Of a stretch of DNA of 64,000 bases, positions 18,030-28,220 are shown piece after piece. Source of the DNA: Nitrospirota bacterium (lineage in GTDB: Bacteria > Nitrospirota > UBA9217); the NCBI GenBank assembly GCA_963749655.1, contig CAVVOB010000020.1, positions 40,854 to 104,853 on the forward strand. Reading direction: 5' to 3'. The position numbers were made by a program, and so were the translations under genes. The stretch's first letter is position 1, and the number at the start of each line of letters is the position of its first letter. Below the pieces are notes generated by a model. It saw only the letters and a program-made list of their open reading frames with translations. It was not told the origin of the DNA and ran no database searches.

Positions 18030-19202
18030 ATGCACAAGTCCACCATCCTCATCACCTGTCCCAAGGGCATCCCCCCCCTTTTAAAGCAGGAACTGCTCTC
18101 CCTCGGATTTCCGGTGCTGACCGAGCTTGTCGCAGGCGTCGAGACCGAAGGCACCCTCGACGACGCCCTGCGGCTCAATCTTTTTTTGCGCACAGGCCAT
18201 CGCGTATTGTATCTCCTCAAGGAATTTAAAGCGCACAACACCGACGAACTCTACGAACAGATCTTCGCCGTCGACTGGGAATCCCATATTTCAGAAGAGG
18301 GATATGTCTGTGTCACGTCGAGCGTGGAGACTCCCAGCATCAGGGACGCGCGTTTTGCCACCCTCAAGTGCAAGGACGCCATCGTGGACAGGATCAAGAA
18401 AAAGACGGGCAGTCGGCCCGATTCCGGCCCGGAGCGGGACAAGTCCGTCGTTCATCTCTACTGGAGGGATGATCGCGGGGCGATCTATCTCGACACTTCC
18501 GGCGAACCCCTTTCCCGGCGCGGCTATCGTAAAATCCCGCTCGGCGCGCCGATGCAGGAGACGCTGGCTGCCGCCGTAGTGCTCGCAACGGGATGGGACG
18601 GCCGCAGCGCATTCGTCAATCCCATGTGCGGCAGCGGCACCCTTGCCATCGAGGCGGCGCTCATCGGCCTTCACAGGGCGCCCGGAATCCTGCGCAGCAA
18701 TTTCGGCTTCATGCATCTCAAGGGCTTCCGGGAGCAGGTCTGGAGTGAACTGCGCGAGGACTCAAAAGGAGACGCAAGGAAACAGCCGGCTGGCGTGATC
18801 ATTGCAACCGACATCAGTCCCGATGCCGTTGAAGCGGCACGGAAGAACGCCGTAACCGCAGGCGTTGAACACCTCATTGACTTCGAGGTCTGCGACTTCG
18901 AAGATACGCCGCTTGCGGGAGGCTCCGGCGTGGTTGTCATGAATCCGGCATACGGGGAACGCCTCGGGGAGGCCGCGCAGCTCGAAGCGCTCTACGGCCG
19001 CATCGGCGACTACTACAAGCGGAAGTGCAGGGGTTTTACCGGATATGTGTTCACAGGAAATCCCGTCCTTGCCAAAAAAGTAGGCCTGAAGCCGAAACGC
19101 TCCTGTCAGTTTTTCAACAGCGGTATTGAATGCCGCCTGCTCGAATACGATCTCTATGAAGGAAGCAAAAAACCCGGCAAGCTGAAACCGGCGGATCCCT
19201 GA
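18030..19202 (+). CDS. THUMP-domain class I SAM-dependent RNA methyltransferase (RlmL/COG0116-like)
   Basis: N-terminal THUMP-like region, then NPMCGSGTLAIEA (SAM motif I) and VVMNPAYGERL (NPPY-like motif IV). Confidence 0.85.
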   Translation: MHKSTILITCPKGIPPLLKQELLSLGFPVLTELVAGVETEGTLDDALRLNLFLRTGHRVLYLLKEFKAHNTDELYEQIFAVDWESHISEEGYVCVTSSVETPSIRDARFATLKCKDAIVDRIKKKTGSRPDSGPERDKSVVHLYWRDDRGAIYLDTSGEPLSRRGYRKIPLGAPMQETLAAAVVLATGWDGRSAFVNPMCGSGTLAIEAALIGLHRAPGILRSNFGFMHLKGFREQVWSELREDSKGDARKQPAGVIIATDISPDAVEAARKNAVTAGVEHLIDFEVCDFEDTPLAGGSGVVVMNPAYGERLGEAAQLEALYGRIGDYYKRKCRGFTGYVFTGNPVLAKKVGLKPKRSCQFFNSGIECRLLEYDLYEGSKKPGKLKPADP

Positions 19203-19341
19203 CGGTACTTCACACCCCGTCTTTTTTCATGGCTCAAACCCCTCCCTTTTCAGCAATTTATGCTAAAATAAACCACAGTGTCGGACAATAATCTTGCCAC
19301 TATCTTTTTTAGGTTGAACGTACACATCACAGGGAAAAGAG

Positions 19342-20073
19342 ATGATACGCGAGAGAATTCTGGCCTGGTTGGCATGGGCACTGGTATCGATCTGGAGCAG
19401 GACCATACGGCTGCGCTTTCTGAATGGGTTGCCGGCCTTGCCGGGCTCGCCTGAAGGCGGCACTTTTATCTATGCCTTCTGGCATGGGAACCTGTTTCTG
19501 CTGCTCCACTCCCATCGAGGCTCCGGCATCCTGATCCCGGCAAGCGAAAGCAGGGACGGAGAAATCATGGCTCGGCTGCTGAAGCACCTGGGATTCGGCG
19601 TCGTGCGCGGATCGAGCAACCGCAAGGGCCATAAGGCCCTCCGGGCCTTGATCCGGGGAATTCGGCGGGGAAAGAGCGCCGCTATAGCGGTTGACGGACC
19701 TCGCGGCCCTCTGCATAAAGTGAAGCAGGGTGCGAGCTTCCTTGCTGGTACGCTGAAGGTCCCCGTTGTTCCCGTTGCGACAGCCGCGAGGCGGCTCTGG
19801 ATCCTTGAAAAAAGCTGGGACAGACTGGAAGTCCCGGTTCCGTTTACGCGGGGCCTCGTGCTCTATGGAGATCCGATCATGGTGAACGGCACATCGGATG
19901 AGGAGATAGCAGAGGGCCAGCGAATGCTGGAGGCAGAACTGCAGAGGCTGACCCGGGTTGCGCAGGCTCATGCAAGGGCCATCGGCAGCAATGCCCGCAA
20001 CGACAATCTCCCAGTGTCCGACAGGCCGGACAGATCATGGATATCTGCCAAGAAGGATAAAGGTTTACTCTGA
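19342..20073 (+). CDS. DUF374-type lysophospholipid acyltransferase family protein
   Basis: FWHGNLFLL, SRDGEIMA and AVDGPRGP motifs characteristic of DUF374. Confidence 0.8.
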   Translation: MIRERILAWLAWALVSIWSRTIRLRFLNGLPALPGSPEGGTFIYAFWHGNLFLLLHSHRGSGILIPASESRDGEIMARLLKHLGFGVVRGSSNRKGHKALRALIRGIRRGKSAAIAVDGPRGPLHKVKQGASFLAGTLKVPVVPVATAARRLWILEKSWDRLEVPVPFTRGLVLYGDPIMVNGTSDEEIAEGQRMLEAELQRLTRVAQAHARAIGSNARNDNLPVSDRPDRSWISAKKDKGLL

Positions 20074-20298
20074 CGAAGCCCCAATAACGAGCTATTCATG
20101 GTGGTAAGCAGAGCAAAGCGTGCCGGCGGATCCCGACATCGGCAGAAGTGATCGATACTGTCTCCGTAACTTTTCTTCTCACCATCTATTTCCCGTCATT
20201 TTTCCCACATCCCCTAAAAATACCCGTAGCGGGTGATTTACAGATACGGCGCGACTTTTGTACACTATAGTACCATCCTCACTGCAGAGGGATTTACT

Positions 20299-20629
20299 AT
20301 GCCGGTGTTGTGTCGGCATTGCGAGGATGCGCCCTGTTTTGAACGCCTGTATCAGCGGCTGTCTGTACCGGGATGAGCAGGGGTTCGTCAGGAGAAAGAA
20401 AGAGCGATGCATCGGTTGCTGGACATGCATGATGATGTGCCCTTTCGGAGTGATAATGAAAGACAAAACAAAGAAGATCGCTGTGAAGTGCGACCGCTGT
20501 CACAAGCTTGATGTCCCGGCCTGCGTTGCTGCCTGCCCCACGGGCGCCCTCTTTCTGGAAGAGGCGAAGGACGTAGCGCGGGAGAAGCGGAAGCGTCTGG
20601 TCCTGACGGAAGCAAAGGGGGTGGCATAG
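20299..20629 (+). CDS. 4Fe-4S dicluster ferredoxin-like protein (apparent +1 frameshift near 20337..20340)
   Basis: The ATG 20299 frame gives MPVLCRHCEDAPC. The protein continues in the next frame as LNACISGCLYRDEQGF...CIGCWTCMMMCP...CDRC...CVAACP. Removing one T from the TTTT run restores CRHCEDAPCLNAC. Confidence 0.75.
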
Positions 20630-21865
20630 ATGCGCCATGTGATCATCGGCGGCAGCATTGCCGGCATATCAGCCGCCCGTTCTATTCGCGTTCTCGACGC
20701 CGGCGCTGATATCACCATGGTATCGGGGGAGATGGCGAAGCCCTACTATCGGCCCCTGATCCCGTCAGTGATCGAGAAGGGGACTGTCGATATAGGCTTC
20801 GTCGACGATCCTATCGAAACGTACAGCATCCGGAACGTCTACGACACCGCAAACGGCGTCGATCCGGGAGCGCAGCAGGTCCTTCTTGCATCGGGTGGAC
20901 GCCTGCCCTATGACCGGTTGTTGATCGCGACAGGATGCAGAGCCGTGATCCCTCCGATCGCAGGGCTTCAGGGGCCGGGTGTGTACGCCCTGAGGACGCT
21001 TGACGACGCGTTAAGCATACAGGCCGCGGCCCGGGGGAAAAAGCACGCCGTTGTCCTGGGGGGCGGGTTCGTAGGCATCAAGTCGGCGATTGCGCTGAAG
21101 CGCCTCGGTCTGAAAGTCACGCTGCTGGAGAAATTGGACCGCATATTGTACGAAAAGCTCGACAGACGGGGGTCAGCGATGATTACCGATCTGATCAAGC
21201 GTGAGAATATCGACATCATCACGAACCAGTCTGATTATGAGATCGTCCGACAGGGCGGCGCTCTCCGATCCCTACGGCTGGCTTCGGGCCGGATCATCGA
21301 TACCGATCTTATCGTTGTCGCCGTGGGAACGAAACCGAATGTGGAACCGTTCCGGAATGCCGGCATCAAGATAAACAAAGGGATTTTGATCGGGGAAACG
21401 CTCGAAACGAGCATTCCCGGCGTCTATGCAGCGGGGGACGTCGTGGAATACCGCGATATGGTCTCAAAAACGGCTGCCGTAAGCGCCTTCTGGACGAACG
21501 CAGAAGAGATGGGAAGACTGGCGGGAAAGAACATGGCCGGATCATCCGTCAGGTATACAGGGTTCCTGTCCCTGATGAATACCGCTGAAATCATGAACGT
21601 GGCGGTCACTGCGATCGGCCTGATCGATCCGCAGAACAATGGCTACGAGGTGTGCCTCCAGGGCGACGGGGATTCTTACCGCAAGCTGGTGTTCAGGAAA
21701 GATGTCATGGTGGGCGCGTTATTCATCGGCAGTGAAGAGCGGATGGGCGTATATACTTACCTGATCAGGAACCAGATTCCGATGGGAAAGCTGAAGGGGC
21801 TGGCCCTGCAGGGCAAACTGGGCTACATCGATTTTGTGAAGACGGCGGCAATCCCGACGGCCTGA
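20630..21865 (+). CDS. FAD/NAD(P)-dependent pyridine nucleotide-disulfide-type oxidoreductase
   Basis: IIGGSIAGISAA and VVLGGGFVGIKSA Rossmann motifs, plus AAGDV. The start abuts the ferredoxin stop. Confidence 0.85.
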   Translation: MRHVIIGGSIAGISAARSIRVLDAGADITMVSGEMAKPYYRPLIPSVIEKGTVDIGFVDDPIETYSIRNVYDTANGVDPGAQQVLLASGGRLPYDRLLIATGCRAVIPPIAGLQGPGVYALRTLDDALSIQAAARGKKHAVVLGGGFVGIKSAIALKRLGLKVTLLEKLDRILYEKLDRRGSAMITDLIKRENIDIITNQSDYEIVRQGGALRSLRLASGRIIDTDLIVVAVGTKPNVEPFRNAGIKINKGILIGETLETSIPGVYAAGDVVEYRDMVSKTAAVSAFWTNAEEMGRLAGKNMAGSSVRYTGFLSLMNTAEIMNVAVTAIGLIDPQNNGYEVCLQGDGDSYRKLVFRKDVMVGALFIGSEERMGVYTYLIRNQIPMGKLKGLALQGKLGYIDFVKTAAIPTA

Positions 21866-21975
21866 ACTCAGCCCGTGCGTCATCGCTGAGGATCCATCTT
21901 GCCTCCGATGCAGCTCTCATCGTCCAGCTGAGTATTTCACTGACCTCCTTACGCGGAGCGGTCTGATCACCCCCC

Positions 21976-22791
21976 TTAGACCGCTCCGTTTCTTTTTATT
22001 ACAATCACCGCGAGAATGATGAAGATCGCACAGTCGGCGACGACATGGGCCGCCCACGGCGCCAGCATGCCGCCGCTTTTCCGCCGGATCCCGCCGAGCA
22101 TGGCGCCGTACACCACGGTCATCACCAGTCCCCACCCTCCGCTGGGAAACCCCTGGAGATAATGCATTGCGCCGAAAAGCCATGCTTGGCCGAGAAGGGA
22201 CAGGGCGCCCGGTCCTGCCGCGCTGTCGCACGCCTGCATGATAATGCCGCGGAAGACGGCCTCTTCCAGCGCCGCGTTTCCGAGGGCGAAGGAAAGTCCG
22301 GCAAACGGCAGGAGCCAAAGCGCCATGCCCGGAAAAGAAGCAAGGTGCAGGCTGACGTCAGGTCTGAGGAGACGGTACCACAAGTACAGAGCTATGATCG
22401 ACAGGGCCGAAACCGAAAGGGTGAGGAGCGCGATCATCCCGGTGAAGCGTCCTGTTCGGAGCCACTGGATCGTTCGGCGAAGGCGCCGTACGGGCAGGAC
22501 AACGGCCAGGTAGGCCGCCAAAGGAACGAGGAGGGCAGAGGGCCAGCCGCGTAATGACGGGATCAGAAAGGGCGCTGCGGCGAGTGCGGCGGCAAACAGT
22601 GCCAGGTGCAGCGACGGGGAGTCCCTTGCAGCCAGGGCTGCTATAACGAGGACGAGAGCGAAAAAAACGGTCCATCCTCCGATGGTGTGCGAAAAGGGGA
22701 TAAGAGAAAGAAGAAGGACATCGCATGCGATTATGACGGTACCTGCGGCGCTTGCAGGCTGTGGTGCGGTCACGGGACGAGCAGGGGGCAT
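21976..22791 (-). CDS. CPBP family intramembrane glutamic endopeptidase (CAAX protease-like)
   Basis: Polytopic protein with EEAVFRG and LFGAMH motifs. Confidence 0.8.
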   Translation of the reverse strand: MPPARPVTAPQPASAAGTVIIACDVLLLSLIPFSHTIGGWTVFFALVLVIAALAARDSPSLHLALFAAALAAAPFLIPSLRGWPSALLVPLAAYLAVVLPVRRLRRTIQWLRTGRFTGMIALLTLSVSALSIIALYLWYRLLRPDVSLHLASFPGMALWLLPFAGLSFALGNAALEEAVFRGIIMQACDSAAGPGALSLLGQAWLFGAMHYLQGFPSGGWGLVMTVVYGAMLGGIRRKSGGMLAPWAAHVVADCAIFIILAVIVIKRNGAV

Positions 22792-22808
22792 GGCGTGAAC
22801 CGGGCCGG

Positions 22809-24345
22809 TCAGGAAGAGGGCTGCGACAGGTCCTTGTCGCGATAGAGCTTGCGAAGCTCTTTCTTCATGATCTTGCCGGTTGCCGTCCTCGGCAGTTCTT
22901 CCGTGAAGATGAACCGGCGCGGGATCTTGTAATGGGCCACGTGCTCGGTCAGAAATTCGCGGAGCGCCTTCGGCGTCGCCTGCGCGCCGTCACGGAGCAC
23001 CACGTACATGATGGCCAGTTCCTTTCCCTCTTCATGCTCGTGCGGCACGCCGATCATGGAGCAGTCCTTGACCGAAGCATGCCGGTACAGCACCTCTTCC
23101 ACCTCGTATGGATAGACGTTCAGGCCGTCCACGATGATCATGTCTTTTTTCCGGTCGATGATCCTGATGTGCCCGGACTGGTCGATGGAGGCCACGTCGC
23201 CGGTATAGCAGCCAGCCGTCGCGGATGGTCTTTGCCGTGTCCTCGGGTTTGTTCAGATACCCCTGCATCACGTTCGGGCCTTTCACCAGCAGTTCACCGG
23301 CAATTCCGGGCGGAAGCTGGGTGCCGCTGTCATCCACGACTTTGACCTCGATGCCGGGAAGCGGCAGGCCGACGGTGCCGGGCTTTCTCCTGTCCTTTTC
23401 CAGTGGGTTGATCGACACCACGGGCGAGGCCTCGGTCAGGCCGTACCCTTCAAGAAGGGGCACCTTGAACGCCTGCTCGAATTCATGGATCACCTTCACC
23501 GGCAGCGGCGCCGCGCCGGATACGCAAAGCCGCAGGTTCAGCAGGAGCTTTACGAAGAAGGGCATGTTCTTTTCAGCCAGGATCTTGTAGACCGTGGGGA
23601 TCGCGACAAAGAGCGTGATGCGGTCCACGATCAGGCTCTTCACGACGCGGGAAAAAGGCCGGACCGAAGCAAGGAGCGAGATCATGGCGCCGGTGATAAG
23701 CGGAAGGATCACGCAGACGGTATAGGTGAAGGAATGGAACAGCGGCAGGAACACGACGAAGCGGTCCTTGTGCGTGACGTGGATTACTTCAGTGGCAGCC
23801 AGGGCGTTGGACAGGATGTTCCGGTGGGTAAGGAGCGCGCCTTTGGGCCTCCCTGTGGTGCCCGACGTATAGAGGATGGTCGAAATGTCGTCGGCGGTAC
23901 GGGGTGGCGGCGTAAAGGATCCGTCCTGCGTTTTTGCCTGTGCAATTTCGGAGAGCGTGAACAAGGCACGCGCGTTGTTGGGGGGCAGCTTCTGCGCCGT
24001 GCCGGAGCAGTCAGCATCATAGAGGCAAATGGTGACGCCCGCGTCATTCAGGATGAAATCGATCTCATCGGCGGTAAGCAGGTTGTTCAGCGGCAGGACG
24101 ATTCCGCCTCCCCGGATGATGCCGAAGTAGGCTGCGATATAATGCGGGCAGTTGTGGCACAGGAGCGCGACCCGGTCTCCCCGCCGCATGCCTCGTTTTA
24201 CGAGTTCGCCGGCGAAGTGGGTGGCCAGGCGGTCCATTTCCTTGTAGGAGAATTTTGTGCCTTCAAATTTGACGAACGTTGCCCGGGGGGTCAGAACGGC
24301 ACGTTTCTGCAGGACCTGATCGAGAGGAATGATCTCTTTTATCAT
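22809..24345 (-). CDS. AMP-dependent acyl-CoA synthetase (fatty-acid--CoA ligase), single apparent frameshift at about 23208
   Basis: ORF 23032..24345 carries TSGTTGRPKG and GYGLTE and ends at ...TIRDGWL. ORF 22809..23195 supplies (Y)TGDVASIDQSGHIRIIDRKKD...GKI. One extra base (G at 23208 on the + strand) separates the two frames. Confidence 0.85.
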
Positions 24346-24562
24346 GTGCGGCAGTATAACACAGACCTGAGGAGGGGAAAAGCGAAAAATTGCATTATTA
24401 TTGGAACGAGTTCGAGGCCGGGTCCTCCGGAGCCTTTTACGAGCGCCGCTTTTCCGGTTCCCTCATCCGCACGTTTCTTGACAATATAACGGGATAAGGC
24501 GTATCCTGTATTCAGGAGGGTGTTTTGCAGAGCAGCCTTTCTGCTACGGAAGGAGGCCCCCT

Positions 24563-25096
24563 ATGGAACGGACGGGTGTTATTACGAGGAAAGGAACGCC
24601 GCTCACCCTGATCGGGCAGGATATCAAGGTGGGGGACAGGGCGCCGGATTTTTCCGTCCTTGACAGCGAGCTGCACGAAGTCCGGTTGGGAGATTTTGCA
24701 GGCGGAGTTGTAAAACTCATCAGCGTGACGCCGTCGCTTGACACGCCGGTCTGCGACCTCCAGCTTCGTCGGTTCAATCGCGAGGCGGCATCGCTGCCGA
24801 AGGACGTGGTCGTGTTGAACATCAGTATGGACCTTCCCTTTGCGATTTCGAGGTTCTGCACAACCGCGGGGATCGACCGGGCGAAGGCGCTCTCGGACTA
24901 TCGCGAGGCATCGTTTGGAACGGCCTATGGCGTGCTGATCAAGGAGCTTCGTCTCCTTGCACGGTCGATTTTCATCGTGGACAAGGACAATATCGTGCGG
25001 TACAAGGAGATTGTTCCGGAACTGTCCGATCATCCGGATTACGAACGGGCGCTTGCGGCGCTGGGAAAACTTACGCACAGCGAACAGGCCGCCTGA
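24563..25096 (+). CDS. tpx: thiol peroxidase
   Basis: VTPSLDTPVCDLQ peroxidatic-Cys motif and a Tpx-length ORF. GGAAGGAGG RBS. Confidence 0.95.
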   Translation: MERTGVITRKGTPLTLIGQDIKVGDRAPDFSVLDSELHEVRLGDFAGGVVKLISVTPSLDTPVCDLQLRRFNREAASLPKDVVVLNISMDLPFAISRFCTTAGIDRAKALSDYREASFGTAYGVLIKELRLLARSIFIVDKDNIVRYKEIVPELSDHPDYERALAALGKLTHSEQAA

Positions 25097-25141
25097 TCAT
25101 GAGCCGGGATGGAATGTGCAGCGGTTTTGCGGGAAGGAATT

Positions 25142-25184
25142 AAAAAAACGGCAGGCTCCGGTACTATCCGGCGCCTGCCGTTTC
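25142..25184. terminator. bidirectional intrinsic terminator between tpx and cspA
   Basis: CGGCAGGC (25149..25156) pairs with GCCTGCCG (25173..25180). It is flanked by A7 on the left and TTT on the right. Confidence 0.8.
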
Positions 25185-25195
25185 GAAGTTGAAGC

Positions 25196-25396
25196 TTAGA
25201 GTTTTACGACGTTTGCCGCTTTGGGACCCTTGGGGCTGTCAACAACGTCGAATGTCACATTCTGACCCTCGGCCAACGACTTGAAGCCGCTGTCCTGGAT
25301 GTCGGAAAAGTGGACAAAAACATCTCCGCCGTCTTCTTTGGTAATGAATCCAAATCCCTTGGAATCATTGAACCACTTAACGGTTCCTTTTGCCAT
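25196..25396 (-). CDS. cspA: cold-shock protein (CspA family)
   Basis: [18 protein letters not shown]...VFVHF (RNP1/RNP2 motifs), 66 aa, AAGGAGG RBS. Confidence 0.95.
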   Translation of the reverse strand: MAKGTVKWFNDSKGFGFITKEDGGDVFVHFSDIQDSGFKSLAEGQNVTFDVVDSPKGPKAANVVKL

Positions 25397-25691
25397 TCAG
25401 GTTGAACCTCCTTCTTTGGATATTGAAGATAACGGAAATGTCGAAAAAAAAGCCGCAAAGCGTAAATCTTTGCGACATTCTTGCAACAAAGACTTCCGAA
25501 CTTCGGCAGAATCATCCCATAAGCATTAAAAAATGTCAAGCGTAATTTCCCGAAGCCTGAGACCTATCGCGAAGGATTGTTTTGAACGCAGAGCCGCGGT
25601 CGCCGTAAGCATCGCTGCTTTACGTTACGGGGGTGTTTCTAGTATACTTGATTACAGAGTCAGCCCAGATCAGAGATTGCAAGGAGAACGC

Positions 25692-27536
25692 ATGGCCCCC
25701 CCACGAAAGAAGGCGGCGAAGAAAACCCTGCTCAGGACCGGAAGAACCGTCTGGAATCTCAGCCCGTTATTCGACAATGACAACGATCCGCGCATGGCGA
25801 CCCGGCGAAAGATCATTGAACGGAAGAGCTACGAATTCATCAACGCCTGGAAGGACCGGAACGACTATCTTGAGGACCCGGCGCTGCTGCTGCAGGCCCT
25901 GAAGCAGTATGAGCTCTGGAAACGCCTCTACGGCTCCGACGGCGACGAAGGGTACTATTTCTGGCTGCGCACCCAGCAGGACCAGAACGATCCGAGGCTG
26001 AAGGCGAAGTTCAACAAGATAGAGGAATTCAGCAAGAAGATCGAGAACGATATCCAGTTCTTTTACCTCCGCATTGCGCGGATCAAGCAGGCAGACCAGA
26101 CCCGGTTCCTGGATTATGCCGGACTGGCGCCCTACCGCCATTACCTGGAACGGATCTTTGCCGAATCACGGTACCATCTGAGCGAAGGGGAAGAGAAGAT
26201 CCTGAACCTCAAATCAGCGACCTCCTACGCTAACTGGACCAAGCTGACATCGGGCTTTCTTTCCCGCGAAGAGCGTGTTGTCGTCACGGAGAGCGGCGCC
26301 AGAAAGAGCAGGCCTTTCAGCGAGATCGTCGGGCTGATGAACAGCAGGGAGAAGCGCGTGCGCGATTCCTCGGCCCGGGCCTTCAACGAGATCCTGTCGA
26401 AGAACGTCGACATCGCCGAGGCTGAGCTCAATTCCGTTCTCGCAAACAAGAAGATCGACGATGAGCTGCGGGGCGCGCCCCGGCCCGATACGCTGCGGCA
26501 TCTGTCCGACGACATCGACAGCGTAGTCGTGGACACCCTTGTCAGCACGGTAAGCAGCCGTTTTGATATCCCGGCCCGGTTTTATGCGCTCAAGGCCAGG
26601 CTGCTCAAGGTCAAACGGCTCGAATACCACGAACGGAACGTGGAATACGGGGTCATCGCCAAACGCTATCCTTATCCGCAGGCCGTGAACCTGGTCCTGA
26701 CGGTCATGAACAATCTCGACAGCGAGTTCGGGAGCATTTTTTCAGGATTCGTCAGGAACGGACAGGTCGATGTCTTCCCGCGGAAGGGCAAGGACAGCGG
26801 CGCCTTCTGCATGCACCATCTCATGACCCAGCCCACGTACATCCTGCTGAACCATGCGAACAAGCTGCATGACGTCCTGACCATCGCCCACGAGCTGGGG
26901 CACGGCATCAACAACGAGCTTATCCGTGAAAAACAGAACGCCCTCAACTTCGGGACGCCGACTTCGACCGCCGAGGTTGCGAGCACCTTCATGGAGGACT
27001 TCGTGCTCGACGAGATACTCAGGAATGCCGATGACGAACTGCGTCTTGCCATCATGATGCAGAAACTGAACGACGACGTGTCGTCCATTTTCCGTCAGGT
27101 GGCGTGCTACCGGTTCGAACAGGAGCTGCACGGGGAAGCACGGAAACGGGGGTACCTCGCGAAGAAGGAAATCGGAAAATTGTTCAGCGCGCACATGGCA
27201 GCGTATATGGGGAATGCCGTAGAACAGTCCGAAGGATCGGAGAATTGGTGGGCCTACTGGAGCCATATCCGGTATTTTTTCTATGTTTATTCCTATGCGA
27301 GCGGGCTTTTGATCTCCAAATCGCTCCAGAATGGGGTTAAAAAGAACCCTGCGTTCATCGGCAACGTCAAGGAGTTCCTGTCAGCAGGACTGTCGGACTC
27401 GCCGAAAAACATTTTTTTAAAGCTCGGGATCGACATCGGAGACAGCCGGTTCTGGAACAGGGGACTCGATGAAGTGGAGAAGCTTTTGACCGACACGGAG
27501 CAGTTGGCTAGAAAACTGGGAAAGATAAAGAAGTAA
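25692..27536 (+). CDS. pepF: M3 family oligoendopeptidase (PepF-like)
   Basis: HELGHG zinc motif. The start was moved to ATG 25692 (AAGGAG at 25681). Confidence 0.85.
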   Translation: MAPPRKKAAKKTLLRTGRTVWNLSPLFDNDNDPRMATRRKIIERKSYEFINAWKDRNDYLEDPALLLQALKQYELWKRLYGSDGDEGYYFWLRTQQDQNDPRLKAKFNKIEEFSKKIENDIQFFYLRIARIKQADQTRFLDYAGLAPYRHYLERIFAESRYHLSEGEEKILNLKSATSYANWTKLTSGFLSREERVVVTESGARKSRPFSEIVGLMNSREKRVRDSSARAFNEILSKNVDIAEAELNSVLANKKIDDELRGAPRPDTLRHLSDDIDSVVVDTLVSTVSSRFDIPARFYALKARLLKVKRLEYHERNVEYGVIAKRYPYPQAVNLVLTVMNNLDSEFGSIFSGFVRNGQVDVFPRKGKDSGAFCMHHLMTQPTYILLNHANKLHDVLTIAHELGHGINNELIREKQNALNFGTPTSTAEVASTFMEDFVLDEILRNADDELRLAIMMQKLNDDVSSIFRQVACYRFEQELHGEARKRGYLAKKEIGKLFSAHMAAYMGNAVEQSEGSENWWAYWSHIRYFFYVYSYASGLLISKSLQNGVKKNPAFIGNVKEFLSAGLSDSPKNIFLKLGIDIGDSRFWNRGLDEVEKLLTDTEQLARKLGKIKK

Positions 27537-27551
27537 AATAAATGGTGACGA

Positions 27552-27580
27552 TCCCGGCTTGTCGGGACGTTCTGACGGGA
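27552..27580. repeat. 29-nt copy (27/29 identical) of the pseudo-anticodon-arm motif found at 27628..27656
   Basis: tcccggcttgtcgggacgttctgacggga compared with tcccgacttgtcgggacgttctaacggga. Each contains the hairpin CCCG(G/A)C-TT-GTCGGG. Confidence 0.8.
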
Positions 27581-27594
27581 TTGCGAATTTTGAA

Positions 27595-27656
27595 TGGCGG
27601 GGCGGACGGGGCTCGAACCCGCGACCTTCCCGACTTGTCGGGACGTTCTAACGGGA
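27595..27656 (-). pseudogene. tRNA-Asp remnant: exact copy of the 3' 33 nt (variable loop, T-arm, acceptor, CCA) fused to a degenerate anticodon arm
   Basis: 27592..27627 is identical to 27921..27956 (36 bp). Beyond that, GTTAGAACG is conserved, but the anticodon arm is replaced by TCCCGAC-AA-GTCGGGA and there is no 5' acceptor strand. Confidence 0.8.
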
Positions 27657-27899
27657 CGTGGTGATCATCTTCAGAAGCAGGTCTCTTCTGCGAAACGAAT
27701 TCAGTTCCGCTTCTCGTCTTACTGCTGGTGCCCTCGTGTCGAACGATTCGGAATAGAGCACCTTCCAGGGTTTTTTCGATTTTGTGTAGATTGATCTGCC
27801 CTGATTGTGCCGAAGGAGTCGCTCCTCCAGGTTTGACGTCTGGCCGATATACAGGGAATCGTCCACGTCACTCTGCAGAATATAGACGGAGAAGGGCAT
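27648..27899 (-). CDS. GIY-YIG nuclease family protein (small, single-domain)
   Basis: 83 aa: FSVYILQS...LYIGQTSNLEERLLRHN...RREAEL, giving the GIY, YIG, Arg and Glu signature positions. No obvious SD. It starts 24 nt after tRNA-Asp. Confidence 0.85.
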   Translation of the reverse strand: MPFSVYILQSDVDDSLYIGQTSNLEERLLRHNQGRSIYTKSKKPWKVLYSESFDTRAPAVRREAELNSFRRRDLLLKMITTSR

Positions 27900-27923
27900 G
27901 GCGAAGGCGAGTGAGAATTTGAA

Positions 27924-28000
<77 letters not shown>

Positions 28001-28081
28001 AAATCGAGTTATGAGTGTTGAGTCGTGAGTTTGTAGTTTAAACCAGGAACTAAGAACTAAAAACTCAAAACTGTTTTTTTC

Positions 28082-28157
28082 TGGTAGGCGGAACAGGGAT
28101 CGAACCTGTGACCCCAGCCTTGTAAGGGCTGTGCTCTCCCAGCTGAGCTATCCGCCC
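28082..28157 (-). tRNA. tRNA-Val (anticodon TAC)
   Basis: Reverse complement: GGGCGGA/TA/GCTC-AGCTGGGA-GAGC/A/CAGCC-CTTACAA-GGCTG/GGGTC/ACAGG-TTCGATC-CCTGT/TCCGCCT-A-CCA. There is a G1.U72 wobble. Confidence 0.9.
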
Positions 28158-28220
28158 GGTTCTTCTACCAAAGTTGAGACACGTAATATCTTATATTCCG
28201 TCAAAAATGTCAAGCAAAAT

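Noticed and set aside
27594-27794. 66-aa + strand ORF
   Set aside because: It overlaps the tRNA-Asp remnant and is antisense to the GIY-YIG gene.
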